DNA of 63,401 nucleotides, the filler included, from Parasitella parasitica NRRL 2501 (Eukaryota; Fungi; Mucoromycota), in NCBI GenBank assembly GCA_025201805.1. It is 8 parts of 7 records of this genome, joined end to end, with 100 filler letters (N's around TTAATTAATTAA, not from the genome) between each part and the next. Parts side by side here need not be neighbours in the genome. Positions count along the whole stretch, not along the records: positions 18,296 to 49,155 come from MU619284.1; positions 49,256 to 53,581 come from MU619533.1; 6 more parts are not named here. One strand, given 5' to 3'. The position numbers and the translations under genes are program-made. Positions 37,023 through 50,386 of the stretch are shown one piece after another. The notes beneath the pieces were generated by a model. The model worked only from the letters and a program-made list of their open reading frames with translations, had not been told where the DNA came from and did no database searches. How positions within the stretch are numbered: the stretch's first letter is position 1; each line of letters starts with the position of its first letter.

Positions 37023-37221
37023 GCTTGTACATAATCCTTGAAACTACATATTATATCCCAAAAAATCACATCCTCGTCGAAATACACACACATATATATA
37101 CTAGGTAAATACCCCACCCCCAATGTACATGATCATATTTATATCCATAAAACATACGAATAAAAGGCTCTAATTTTTATTTTATTTTATTTTATATCAA
37201 ACACAAAACACTCTACATGAT

Positions 37222-39206
37222 TTAGATCTCCCAAACACAAGCTAATGGTTTATCAATCGCCAGCGCTGGCTCCTTTTTTCTCTTGCGATCAATCTCAGTA
37301 CTAAAGAACTATTGCAGTATTATGGTCAGTAGGGTAGAGCACGGATGTCGTCTGTACAACTTACTGTAGCATATGTATGGTCCAAAAAATCCTCAAGATT
37401 ATATTTAGGCTTCAAGAACTGCTCGCCAAAGATTTTAGCAAGTGTGGATACATTGGCATAATAATGTTGGCTCAGCGTTTGCACTTCCCAAAGGGATGAT
37501 TCGATGGCTTTGCATTCATAAGGATTCAAATTCTCCATACTGAAAGGATCTGTCGCATCATCGATAGCCTTGTTGCTGTGAATCAAGGTCATACATGTAG
37601 GATGACGCTTTAAAAGGTTGTAAATGAATGGGATAATGATGACGCTGGCTGCAGGTGGAGCAGTAAGTGATAAGCGTGCCATACGCTTGATGAACGCCGC
37701 AATTAGAGCAGCAGGGAGATATCTATGCGTAAATCATGTGAGAAGATGTGCCACAACCAGCACTCATTAGCATACATACGCTGATGACAAGAAGAGCTCT
37801 AAAAGACGAAAGAATCGGGATCTGTATTTAACATGCATCACATTTCTGTCCAGTATAGAATACAGCTTTGTGTAAAAGTCTGGATAGTCCCTAGGGTAAA
37901 ATCGGGTGAGCACAACTCGCACAGCTGCCGCTAACAATTATACTTACAGGTTATGCTCAGTAATCAAGGTGAACAAGCCATTCAAGGCTAGTAAGCTAAC
38001 AGCGCCGCCTACGTTGTAAGAATCCGTCAGGAAATCCATCAATAATTTAGGCTCTGATAAGTGAGGCAAGATGCGTTTGTGCAAAATCAGCAAAATCTTC
38101 TTGTACATATCCTCGGACAAACGTAGCTTCATCAGTCTGAGCCAACAGTCAGTGAAGCCACGTTTATGAACTGATAATTGAAGCAGGGGGTGCTTTCGCT
38201 TTTTAGTCTTGGTCTTGTCAGCAGCTTCTTGCTCATTGTCGTCCACATCCGAATCAGATAGTAATCCTTCATCTCCCAGCAAATCATCCGTCTTTTTAGA
38301 TTTACTAGGCGTTAGGGCATCGTAAATGGAGGGGTTGACAGTCCAGAATTCATCGATCTCGGACGCTTCAGTTGGCATAGTGCGAATACTCTCCAAAATA
38401 GCAAATACATTGTTTGCAACTAGGCTATGGTCCTCCTTTTTCTCTTCTACAGACAGCTTTGCCTTTTTACTGCTCTTCTGTTTTTTGGCGGCCTCCCTCT
38501 TTTCATACGCCTGTTCCATCACTTCTCTACAGATAGAGCCAATTTTATTACATGCTGTACTGCGCGATTCATATTATACTTACGCTGCATCCTTCAAGAA
38601 ATAGTGTCTTAGATCGTCGTACACATTCAAGTACTTGTCAACAACTTCTTTGCGCAAATGTTCGTTAAAGTTGGTGTTGAAAAGGATCTCTTTCACAATA
38701 GGACCGTACACATTGTTAGCAAAATGGTAAGATCCACTGGTGTTTATGAAATTCTCTGACTCGGACTTGATGTTGTTCATTAGGATAGTGAAGGCGGGTA
38801 TCTGAAGACCAGGCTCGTCACTAGATAATAAGCCTCTGACATGAGCCAAGTAATCGGCATACTGTTCACAAAGCCAGGCATTCACCTTAGCTTTGGCAGA
38901 AGATTCATCGGCATTTTTCAGTTTCTTCAGATCGCCAGCCATTAAAAAAGCAGTATACACACGGTTGAGTGAGTGAATTGCAGCATGAGCAATTTGTGCA
39001 TTGCTGCTCTTGGAGTATTTGGTGATTTCTACAATGTTGTTTAGATTGGATTTGTTGCTTAAACCCGCTTCGAGAGTTCTGATTTTTTGGCGAATCTCTT
39101 TGAAATTCTCGGTCTGATTTGAATCAATCCATTGTCATTATATGCAATAAAGTTTTCTACTTACAGAGTTGTTTCCTTCTCTCTTTCTCTTTGCTTGGGG
39201 AGCCAT
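37222..39206 (-). CDS. NOC4: Nucleolar complex protein 4 (CBF/Mak21 family), multi-exon
   Basis: YLNVYDDLRHY, LLMDFLTDSYNVGGAVSLLALNGLF, NLDYPDFYTKLY, FIKRMARLSLTAPP, YNLLKRHP, AIESSLWEVQTLSQHY, LEDFLDHTY. Confidence 0.93.
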
Positions 39207-41973
39207 ACTTTTTCAGTTTAGCGACGAGATGTAAAGTAATCTTGGTTTACAAAGAAAAAAATTAAAGAAAAGTATCACAAGCCACCTCGTGTATCGCATC
39301 GGATCGTGAAAGCACTGTTTCGCTGCTTTGCGTTATTTGACATTGAAACCTATAACTGTTCACGCAATGTTTGTATATTTCTTTTTCTTTTTTCCAAATA
39401 CAACAAGAGGCTTATTTGACAGTAAAGGGCTGTTGATAAACTGCTTAAAAAATCAAGCTATTATAAAGTTGCTGATTAGACTCCCCCCCCAGTGTTTCAT
39501 TTCCTCTCTTATCAGCCTAAATGTTGTAAATCTTCATTTTTAACAATGTAAAATTGTTCAAAATTGCATACACGCAAATACATATGAATATGGATTACAT
39601 CTCAAACGCAATATAGCTTTTGGATTGAAGATTAACTGTACTTTTAATCATGAAGATTTATAAAGATTTTAAGCCATGTTGCGATCTTGCGGACTGTGAT
39701 AACGCTAACTTCGATCATGGCAAGATTACTAGAGCTTCCGCTTTCCCTCAAATAGTGTCGTAAAAAAGTTTATATATACTGCAAAGAGTAGTTATTGATG
39801 TGTTTCCACTTCAAAATAACCTGAAGTTGCTAAATAAAAATAGCTTCAAGGTTGATTTTTGCACAATTTGTTTTTTATTGAATCACTTATCAGTGCTCTT
39901 ATTCCAGCTGCACTCTGTTTATACGTTATGCTTGTGTTATTAGGAGAAGTCTTCCAACGTATCATTGCATAGTCAAAATTCATGCAAATTTCTGTATATT
40001 TTATAATTTAAGCCCAGGCAGAAACAGGAAGCACAGTTTTAGCAATTAAATGATGCGCATCTAATGCAATGCGCTAGATAATGCTAGATCTGATATACTT
40101 AATACTTCTTTAGCTCATTAACCAAGCGCCTAGCTATATATTATGATTTCAAGTATATAATCGACAAAAGGAGCACAATCTACGTTTAGGACGGATGGAT
40201 AAATCAACAAATATCAGCAAGCATTTACTATATTACATACAATTATGAAGAAATGAATTGTTGGTATTTAGCATGATAGTATATAAGTTTCATATGAGCA
40301 CATGGCCTTTTAACAAGCCCCTATTATTATTTAGATTTAGGAACAATGTGAAAACACACGCAAAAATGATGAGGCATGTTTGTCATTGACACGGCAAGTA
40401 TACATACATGTTTAATGTACCCACTGCCTGAAAAGAAGGAGGAAAGAAGTATTTTTCAACATGTTGCGTAAAAAATAGGGAAGTAAATTCTTTTCTCTTG
40501 TTTATTGGATCACATATGTCTATACATATGTTATGTTACTGTGTCTCTCCTTGTGGATAATCAATTGTCCATCTTGTATAGAACGGCATGAATTAGATCC
40601 CCTTATTTGCCGAAATATAGTGCGCAGGGGACAAACAGAGAAAATGTAATAGAGAAAGGAGGACTAGAGAAGATCCTGCCACATAAAACTGAGGGATCTC
40701 TTCAGTTTATTACATACTTTGTAAGAATTACCTGAAAATTAAATCGAGAGACCTATCGATTTCGATCAGAAATAACGCATGTTGCAAAAATAAAAGCAGG
40801 TTAATTGCACACATAATATACAGCGTGTTCTCGAGTCAAATGTCCAGAGTGCTATTGCGCAGCCACATAGTCCTAATGCTTCATGTCCACATGTATTTGA
40901 TTTTGAAACACATATTTATACCAACTAATATCAAATACAAGATAAAAATACTTGATTTTACCAAATGTAGAAAACAGATTTATAACAAACAAAAGAAAAT
41001 CAAGAATGATCGCAAGCCGGGAAAGCCGGTATTTCAACCTTCTATTACTCTACATCAGTAACTTTTAGCTATCATCATCATCTAGGTTATTATGGGTTTT
41101 TTTGAATGACGGGATAGAGAAAGTATTAAACAGTGGTAAATGTTTTAAACCCTACGATATTACTCCAGAGTCATGTTTCTCCTCTTTTTTTCTTCTTGGA
41201 CCTCCTCCTATACATTACGAGAATAAAATAGATAGAGTCTGCGGTAGACCACTTAGGAGGTAGACCTACAGCATGTCGTATGTTGATATGTTACCGAATA
41301 CCAATGACTATGACTAATTTAATAGCAAAACAAGGTAGTTTTCTCGGATCGTATATCGCCGCCACGACATTTTTGTATCTCCATATAGATGCCATCTAGT
41401 AGAATCATTTTGTTGGGCATGGCGTGATGCTTCTTAATAGCGTTAGGTGTGTATATACATTATGTATATATAACCAGGGAGATCGGATGACTGATATATA
41501 TACAACAAATTCCCAATTGTAGTAGGTGTAACATTTTTTCTCGGGTATAACAGCGGCGGTTAACAAGTAATTGATCATTTATGCACCTTTCAATTATACT
41601 CTCATGTTTTCTCCCAGTTAGTTTTGAAAGGGCTTGTTTTATCACTGATATTTTTCCCCGGTGCATTGATAGCATTAAAAAATTAATGCAAAAATCATAG
41701 TAACCTGATTCAACACTGACGCTTTCATACATATTTGATCCTTTTATAAAGTAATCGCCATTTTAGTCGCATTGGTTTTCCTTTTCTTCTTTTTTTTTTT
41801 GTTTTTTTCGCTTTCTTTATATAAATATACGTATCTTTGTTACTCTAACCGTTAGTTATTCCGGGTTCTGATCCTTATTCTTTTTCTATAATACGCTCCT
41901 TTTCAAGTTTATCTTTCGTTAAATATTTTTCTTAACTTTTTTCCTTTTATTCAATATCTCATACTGTCTAGAA

Positions 41974-42223
41974 ATGTCCAGAGGAAGTGTTTCACATAGC
42001 TACCAGTATATACCAAATTACTCTACTGCCATTCAGCGTATCATCCCAGAGTAAATGCTATATCAAGGAATGATGACGACGGTATTTACTTGTTGTAATA
42101 GACGCTTCATTCTTAAAATTCGCCAACAACCTGTTCAAACTCGCCTTAGCACAAACAATGAAAGAGGTAATTTGCATGTGCTGATATTTGCGTTCAACAA
42201 CTCAAGATAACTTATTACATAAT

Positions 42224-42277
<54 letters not shown>

Positions 42278-43911
42278 TCGCAGACCGCTTGATCCACCAC
42301 CTATTGTTCAAATTGAATTGGACAGTTCTAATACACAAGAAACACAGTAAGAGAACTATTACTCGGCATTGATCTTTTTAGTAATGACCTATTACACGAT
42401 ATATAGAGATTTCTTGCAGAATCCATATCTTTTCATGTGTGTTTCTCTAGTGAATTCAACTTCGCACGAGGACATTGTTAATTCCACACAGAATACATTG
42501 TCAGGGCAAACATCATCGTCCATGTATAAGCTTAAAGATATTAATAACCATGGTACTTACTGCGAGAAAGAAAAAAACGGTAGCAAATATAAATACCAAA
42601 TTTTAAATAATGTATGTAGATGGCGGATTTTTTGTATTTGGAGATCTTTCTGTCAAACTCGAGGGCCAGTTCAGATTAAAATTCTCCATGTTTGAAATAT
42701 CAAGATACGGTGCAACTAATTTAAAATCTATATATTCCAATGTATTTCAAGTATACCCTTCAAAGTCATTCCCTGGCATGTTGGAATCGACTTTTCTTTC
42801 ACGTTCATTTTCTGACCAAGGTGTAAGGATTCGAATTCGAAAGGAACATCGTGTACAAATGTAATAATCTCCTTTGGTTTTTTTCATGTCATCTCCTTGG
42901 TTTTCTAATCATTTATATAGGACTGGGTCTCGTAAAAGAAAGCTATCATCACAAGACGAAGCCCTTGATTTAGCTGATGAAAGAAGTAGCCATCCCTATA
43001 GCCATCATTCTCACCACAATCACCAACCACACCAATCTTCCATGCTTTCACCCTACAGCAATGCATCAAATGTTGCATACTCACCACAGAACCGTTCTCC
43101 TTGGCCGTCATCCATAGATTATGACCATCAGCAGCACTTGCAGCAAAGAAGAAGAAGCAGCATGAATAGTTCGGTAACATCAAACAGTGACAGTCGTCGA
43201 TCATCTTATCATCTTCTTCAGCACATTGATCGAAGACCAAGTGTGCCTTACTCGCCCCCTCATCAGTCGTATGATCATCACCGTCCGAATAGCAACCATG
43301 CTGTTGAGTATAATTATTATGATCATCCACATCATCTCCACCCTCAACCTCACTCACATCCTCATTCTCAACCGCATCCTCATTCTCAACCGCATCCTCA
43401 TCCTCATCCTTATCAGCACCAACACCAGCATTTATATCCTAATTATCAACGAGATAGCATGATACCTTCTCCACCCCCTCAATCCTCCCTTTTCAAATCA
43501 GATTCTAGTCGAAGATTAAGTCTAAATGATACTTTGCCCTTACGAAGGCAATCAGCAGATCCACATTATCATTCTCCACATAAGCAGCAGCAATTGAATG
43601 GCCCAAGGCGTCTATCATTGCAGCAGTATTACGCTAGGATGGCGCACCAACCTCTTGCAGTACCATCATCAGCACCAGCACCACAACAGCAGCAACCAAC
43701 CACGGCTTTAAATCACACCAGCTCACCATTGAATGAAGAAATCATACACTTGCCTCCCTTGCGTTCCGTAGTTCCAAACAATGGCATTTCACCACAGCAC
43801 AAACAACAGCCACAGCAGGAGGGCATTGTTGAAGTGGATGCTGCTGTAGCCATGATGCAGTTGGCTTCAAGGCGCCAACAACAACAAGAAGAAGGTCGCT
43901 ACTCTACATAG
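41974..43911 (+). CDS. Velvet-domain transcription regulator (VosA-like), multi-exon, with a long H/Q/P/S-rich tail
   Basis: [89 protein letters not shown]. Confidence 0.92.
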
Positions 43912-44211
43912 AATGATCAAGGTCTGGAACCGTCTTTGTTATATCTTTATCGTCTATATTATTGCTATTTATTTACTTGGCATTATATATTTTACTTGAG
44001 ACTGGATCTTCTCATTCATATAATTCTTTCGCGTATGTTTCTTTTCATAATTCTATGTACAGTTTCTTCTTCGTAGACTCTTTCCCCCCCCCCCTTTTAT
44101 TTAAATTTTATATGGTCTTCATTATATATTCTTTCAATAGTTGCCTGCCCTCTCTCCTAAAACAACTAAAATTATGCAAATTCGGTTATTTATTTAAAAA
44201 AAAATCCTAGT

Positions 44212-45035
44212 TTATCTTTTGAAACTTAGGCTTTTAGCTTTTTTAGATTCTTTCTCGTCTTTGGTAGCTTGGATTGCTTGATAGAATTCTTTTGGTTTCA
44301 AATGTCCCATCAAAAACAACATTTCTTTTCTAAATTGATTGATTCCAGCATCAGTTTTCGAGCTAGCCACAACAACGTCTTTCACTGCATTTCGAAGCTG
44401 TTTGATATGATCTTCCACTGTGATGATACGTTTAGCCAAGTTAGGCAGCACCAGCAAATCACATTTCGTTAACACAACTTGGAATTTAACTTGTTTGCTG
44501 TTGAGCATTTTGAAGAAATCAATGTCTGCTATTTTGACACCGTGTCGAGCATCGAGCACAACATAGACTCGCTTCAATGTTTTTCGTTCTGTTATATACG
44601 TCTCCATCTAGTTTAAGTAGACATAAAATGTCAACATGCAAATATTGAAAATCATCAACGGCAGTTACCAATTTTCTCCACTGCTCTCTTTCCGCATCAT
44701 CTACAAAGGCAAAGCCATAGCCAGGCATATCAATTATATGGAACAATTTGCCCACATTATAGAAATTAATTTGCTGTGTTAATCCTGGCTTGTCAGACGT
44801 CCTTACAACGCTAGACTCTGCTATGCTATTGATTAAACTGGATTTTCCAACATTGGATCGGCCTAATTTCCAATACTCAATTCGGGCTGTCAAGACAATA
44901 AGCATGTAGTACATACCAACAAATGCGATTTCATCAAGTGATTCTGGTGGGAATGATGTAGGCACTTTGGCTCCTGCAAAAAATGATAATAAAGGGAGCT
45001 TTTTGAAGAATTAGCATTTTGCAAATGCAAATGCG

Positions 45036-45128
<93 letters not shown>

Positions 45129-45467
45129 TCACAATCTTACTGCATATTTAGGCTCGGGAGGCGGCCCTACTCGTTCTGTGAATTGCTGACGATTAAGATC
45201 TCTTCTGGCCTTTTGTTTGTGCATTCCTGAATAGCGCTTTGTTTTTAAAAGAGTGCCGAATCCTAGTTTTTCAAGTTTCTCATAAAGTTTGATAGGGGGC
45301 TGAATCTGATTGAATCTTTGTCGATTAGACAAGGTGGTATCTTTTTTGATATTGGATGTATTACTAGTGGCAGTCGTTAACGAAGCAAAGGGGCGCACTA
45401 GTGTTAATTGCCTGTCTAAAACAGTTGCTCGTTTAAACAATCGATGAATAGGTCTATAATGCTGCAT
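44212..45467 (-). CDS. Mitochondrial EngB/YihA-family GTPase (GTPBP8/Mrx8-like), multi-exon
   Basis: EIAFVGRSNVGKSSLIN, KPGLTQQINFY, DMPGYGFA, VVLTKCD, plus a presequence-like N-terminus. Confidence 0.9.
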
Positions 45468-45556
45468 ATAGTGTGCGATTAAAAGAAGAGAAGAGAAAAG
45501 TTTGCACAGAAGCCGGGGTTTTATCTTTTATTACTCTTTTTTTCATTTTTTTCATC

Positions 45557-47297
45557 ATGTTTCCAGCTGTCAAATTGCTACCATTGCAATCGTTTACCCA
45601 ACGCATTCGCCCCATAACAACCAGGGCACAAACTATATATGCATTATCATCATCACCAGGTAAAGCTGGTGTAGCAGTCATTCGTATATCGGGAAGCAAT
45701 GCTAGACAAGTATGTACCTCCCTTCTGTACAATATCAATCAAATTAACAGTACATTTACAGGCAATTACAAAAATGACATTATCACCAAATATCGCATCG
45801 CCGATTACAGATCCAAGAAAAGCGTACTTTAGACGTATTAGACATCCGGAATCACGACAGGTCTTGGACAGAGGGCTTGTGTTATGGTTCCCTGGACCAC
45901 ATAGTTTCACAGGCGAAGATTCAGTTGAGTTACATATCCATGGCGGAAATGCCGTTGTCAAGAGTGTATTGGATGCATTGCATCAAATCAAGGATTTTCG
46001 CATGGCAGAGCAAGGCGAGTTCTCGCGAAGGTAAGAGCGATAGCTAGAGAATAGTTTGAAATGCCAAAGTCATATTACTCGATAGAGCATTCGATAATGA
46101 CAAGTTGGATCTCACTGAATTGGAAGGCTTGGCAGATTTATTAAATGCGGAAACAGAAATGCAGCATCGACTTGCTCTTCGGCAAGCAGAGGGTGGATTA
46201 CGTAAGCCTTATGAGCTCTGGCGTGAGCAGATTATCAAATGTATGGCTACGACGGAGGCGGTGATCGATTTTGGAGAAGATGAAAATATTGAAGATGGAG
46301 TGATGGATCAAGTTATACAAGATGTTAAACATTTGTACACATCCATCAGTTCTCATTTAGACGACAGTCGTGTGGGTGAAATTGTTAGAAACGGAATCCA
46401 AGTAGCTATTGTGGGCCCACCTAATGCAGGAAAGAGTACCTTACTCAACCGGTTAGCTAAGAGAGAGGCAGCGATTGTATCCGATGTACCAGGCACTACA
46501 AGAGACGTCGTGGAAGTTAAACTGGATTTGGGTGGATATCCTGTGGTTCTTTGTGATACAGCTGGCTTACGAGAATCAACAGATTTGGTAGAATTGGAAG
46601 GTATCAAGAGAGCAAAAGCAAGGTAATAGCAGTTTCATGCGTATGCAAACACCTGTCGAGTTACTGAATTAAAGGATCTAGAATCGATTCGTCTGATATC
46701 AAAATTTGCTTGCTATCACTAGAAAATCAAAGTGCTTGTACATCAATCGACCCGTTAGTGCGTAGTGTTATTGACAAAGACACGTATCTAGTGTTGAATA
46801 AGGACGACGTCTACAATAAAAACAATCTAGCTCAATTGATAACCCAAATACAAGAAGAAACAGGCATCAAAAAAGTGTGGGCAATGAGTTGCTCAACTGG
46901 GCAAGGTTTAGATACATTTATAAAGCAAATGATTGGTATTTTGAAATCAAAGTTAGTTGTAAATCGAGATATTTATATCGTTTATAATGATAAATTTTAA
47001 CTAACAGATTCGACTCATCTATTGCCAACCCTGTTCTAATCACGCAAGCCCGCCACAGAGAGCATTTGGAAGATTGCGTTTCATACCTGGAAGGATTTTT
47101 AAGCAAGTAGAATGTTTGTATTGCTTATTTTCTCGTCGTTTAATTATATTAATTTGTTAGATATGCCACAAGAAGACATTGTGTTGTCTGCAGAGGAATT
47201 AAGGCAAGCTGCAAACGCATTAGGCAAGATTACAGGACGTATTGATGTCGAAAATGTGCTGGATGTATTATTTGGTCAATTCTGTATTGGAAAATAA
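45557..47297 (+). CDS. MSS1: Mitochondrial tRNA modification GTPase MnmE/GTPBP3, multi-exon
   Basis: TIYALSS...[62 protein letters not shown] and the C-terminal FCIGK. Confidence 0.95.
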
Positions 47298-49568
47298 GCC
47301 TTTCTTTATATTACAAGTTTCGCCACCATACTATATCAACATAAAGTCGTTAGCATTCCAGCTTTATTATCCCTTCAGTCTTTTTTAAATGCAAGAACAA
47401 TTGCTATAGTTTATTAGTTCAGACATTGCAGAACGAAATCACACAAACCTGGAGGGCGGGTGATTGTTAAGAGCCTAGAGAGTATACCTTCTTATTAGGA
47501 AATATTGAGTGCCTTCTGCACCTCAACAGCAGAACCAGGCCACATACCAAGTTATCAGGTTAGCTTGTTTGTGCAAACAAAATTTAGCGCTAACACTCAT
47601 AGATTCAAATGGAGTGATCTCAGCAAGCGCGAAATAAACGAAGACGTATACATCGTGGAGCACCTCCTTGAACATCTACTTGGGCCGAAGAGTTCCTGCC
47701 ATTAAGCCTGGTTCCTAAAGGTTGTGCAGCCTTCCATGTGACTCCAGTTCTTATTAAAAATCAGGCCAAAGAAAAGGCTCCTGCTTATAAGATTACATAT
47801 CTAAAATAAATAATAATAGTACTAATGACCTTCTTTATCTTGTTAACAGGCTTTGGGATTGGAAAGTTTGTCCTTTTAACCTCAAGAAAGTGCTCCAGTA
47901 GATCTAAGAACTGAGGAGAGCTCCAAGTACACTCCCCTTAGTAATCATACGTTCTCTGATTTGGGTTTTGGCGGTGTTGCTTTGGCCTAAGACGAGGAGA
48001 GTGTTAGTCCCTACAGGTAGGTTTTATGGATGTTCCATTCAAATGAATTATCTTTGGATGCTTTATTCTGTTCTGAGGCTACTCAATTAATTTTAAAAAT
48101 CAGTCATCTTACTGCTTCGAACTAGCAGCATCTCAATTAAAAGATGAATTACTTCACTTCCCCACTAAAATTAAACTACAAACTAAAGTCTAATAGCAGC
48201 TCTGGTAAAACTCATGAACACCAATTAGCTTATAATATTCTAACAGACAATAAAGTTGGCCCATTTAAATACTTAGAAACCTGGAGTATATTTTCACAAC
48301 AAATTTAACCTTACAGATTAATATCTCTTTCCGTTACAAACAACAACGCCAGTAGAGGAGAAAGGCTTGATGCTAATAATGAGAGAAACTTGAATAGTAG
48401 TAGAAAGGGAGCAAATTAGCTTATCTAGGTTGCCCTTTATTAGTTGGATCATATTTTGTTTCTTTTTTATTACATATTATTATCCAAAATGAATGTTTTG
48501 AACGAATCTTTTAAATTGTGGGGGATGTCAAGCAAATGTTAAAAACCGATCGCTTTAATCCCAAAGTTTATACTTCATTCACACCAACAACTCATGCATT
48601 TAATCTCTGTGATGTGCTCCGGGAGATAGGGAAGAATATGTCTATCCTAAATTTGGTGTCATGTTCAATCTCATACAAATAATATACAATTTAAAATATC
48701 GTTATTTACTTTCAATCTCATAATGTTTTATTCTTTAATATGATTTTTTATTGAATTGACCTTATCCAATTTTAGAATTGATAAATCAATTCTTTTCAGG
48801 GCTATATCGAATTAAAGTCCTATACACACCCAAATATCACGTGCGTTTTATTTAAAACTCCGACAACGAAAAAACCAAAATGTTTTTGCGGATAAGTTTT
48901 GATAAACAGGTCGCCCAAGCAAAATTAAGTTATGCTCAGATAGCGATGATCATGTCTGATCTTATGGCGCATAAGACATTGTTTATTCTGTTCTTTATGG
49001 AGGCCTATCATCGATTATATGCAATTCTGATATGTAAATTTGTGATATCATCTGATAATTTTGTAGATATCAATGAAAACATGAAAGCCAATGTTGTTGC
49101 CAGATAGCGCCAAGTCAACGCTAAGTTTTCCAAGTTAGATCTCGGTTCTACGGTGNNNNNNNNNNNNNNNNNNNNNNNNNNNNNNNNNNNNNNNNNNNNT
49201 TAATTAATTAANNNNNNNNNNNNNNNNNNNNNNNNNNNNNNNNNNNNNNNNNNNNCGTCTCATTTGAGCGCATACACCGTCTCATGCGCGCAAAAGCCGT
49301 CTCACATGAGCCCGAAGCTGCTCTCTGAGAACACCCATAGGGCCATAGTGGCATGACAAATAAAAAAGAATTAGAGAATCTTTATTTTGTGTCTCGAGAC
49401 ATTCTTCAGCGTACATATTTATCTTGAGTAAAGTTTCGTCAAAGTTTTTATCATCAATGACGAGTCGTTATTTTGTAGTGATTAATGGTTGAAATGGGAG
49501 GAAAGTAATAATGATCTATCATCTGTAAAGATGCATCTGCTAAAATGTAGAAATAAGCGAGATACCTG

Positions 49569-49695
49569 TGTCGTACATTAGTTTTGACACTCAACTCAAA
49601 ACAATATAAATAGTAGATCTTATGTCAAATTGAATAAACCTTATCTTTTAACTGATACATATATTTGCCTTATTGAATTTACAATTATCACGACA
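49569..49695 (+). mobile_element. 127-bp solo LTR with 4-bp target-site duplication
   Basis: TGTCGT...ACGACA inverted termini flanked by CCTG on both sides (49565-49568 and 49696-49699), with internal TATAAATAG and AATAAA. Confidence 0.8.
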
Positions 49696-49794
49696 CCTGC
49701 TTGACTTGGCATTTTAACTGATCTTTTTACACAAAGTCAGTTAACTGATAACAGCTACATGCACTACTCTTTGTGTCAAAGAGACAAAAATATG

Positions 49795-49876
49795 CGTCGC
49801 CTGCAGGATTCGAACCTGCGCGCTCAAAGAGCATTAGCTTAGCAGGCTAACCTATTAACCACTCTAGCAAAGCGAC
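49795..49876 (-). tRNA. tRNA-Ser(GCU)
   Basis: 82-nt cloverleaf GTCGCTT...AGGCGAC-G; anticodon arm TTAGC-CTGCTAA-GCTAA; long variable arm; GGTTCGAATCC T-loop; T5 terminator downstream. Confidence 0.95.
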
Positions 49877-50078
49877 ACTTTCTAAATATCAGAAAATTGG
49901 CTAAATTGATCGTCTCCAAGTTAGTGCTCCAGCACAATGCGAACAAGCAGCGGGGTTTCCGACCCTCAGTGCCAGCCCGGCAATTCAAAAAGAGGCAAAG
50001 GCTTCAGAAAACGGTGAGATAGCTTGGGTCACCCTAGTATTATAATTATAAACAGTATTCGTCTAAAATTAATAAGTG

Positions 50079-50386
50079 ATCTGCCATAATTGTACATAAC
50101 AACAGGAGATCATGGAAATGTGCTTCAATTGAAGATTGAAGATTGTCCAATGATGTGATGCGATACGTTTGTGTAAATTGGAGAATAAAGTCTCTGTTTC
50201 AAATCAAGAAGGTTATTCCTGTAACTAACACAGATCTGAGCACCAGGATAAAGGTTAAGGCTCTGTCAGATCAAAGACGTGTATAGCCTTTTTGCTGTAT
50301 AACCTCATATCGTACCCTGTCAAGTAGATTGTCACTGTGAATTAGCCTTTTCAATTAGTAATTTAAATAAGTCACCATAAATTTAG
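50079..50386 (-). repeat. Dispersed ~300-bp repeat, copy B
   Basis: Its reverse complement matches 32046-32341 over the whole length, with scattered substitutions. Confidence 0.85.

Noticed and set aside
39300-41900. Short ORFs between NOC4 and the velvet gene
   Set aside because: They have no motifs or codon bias, and the region is best read as promoter and 5' UTR.
47400-49155. Short ORFs and exon-like patches after MSS1
   Set aside because: No coherent gene model or recognisable family could be assembled.
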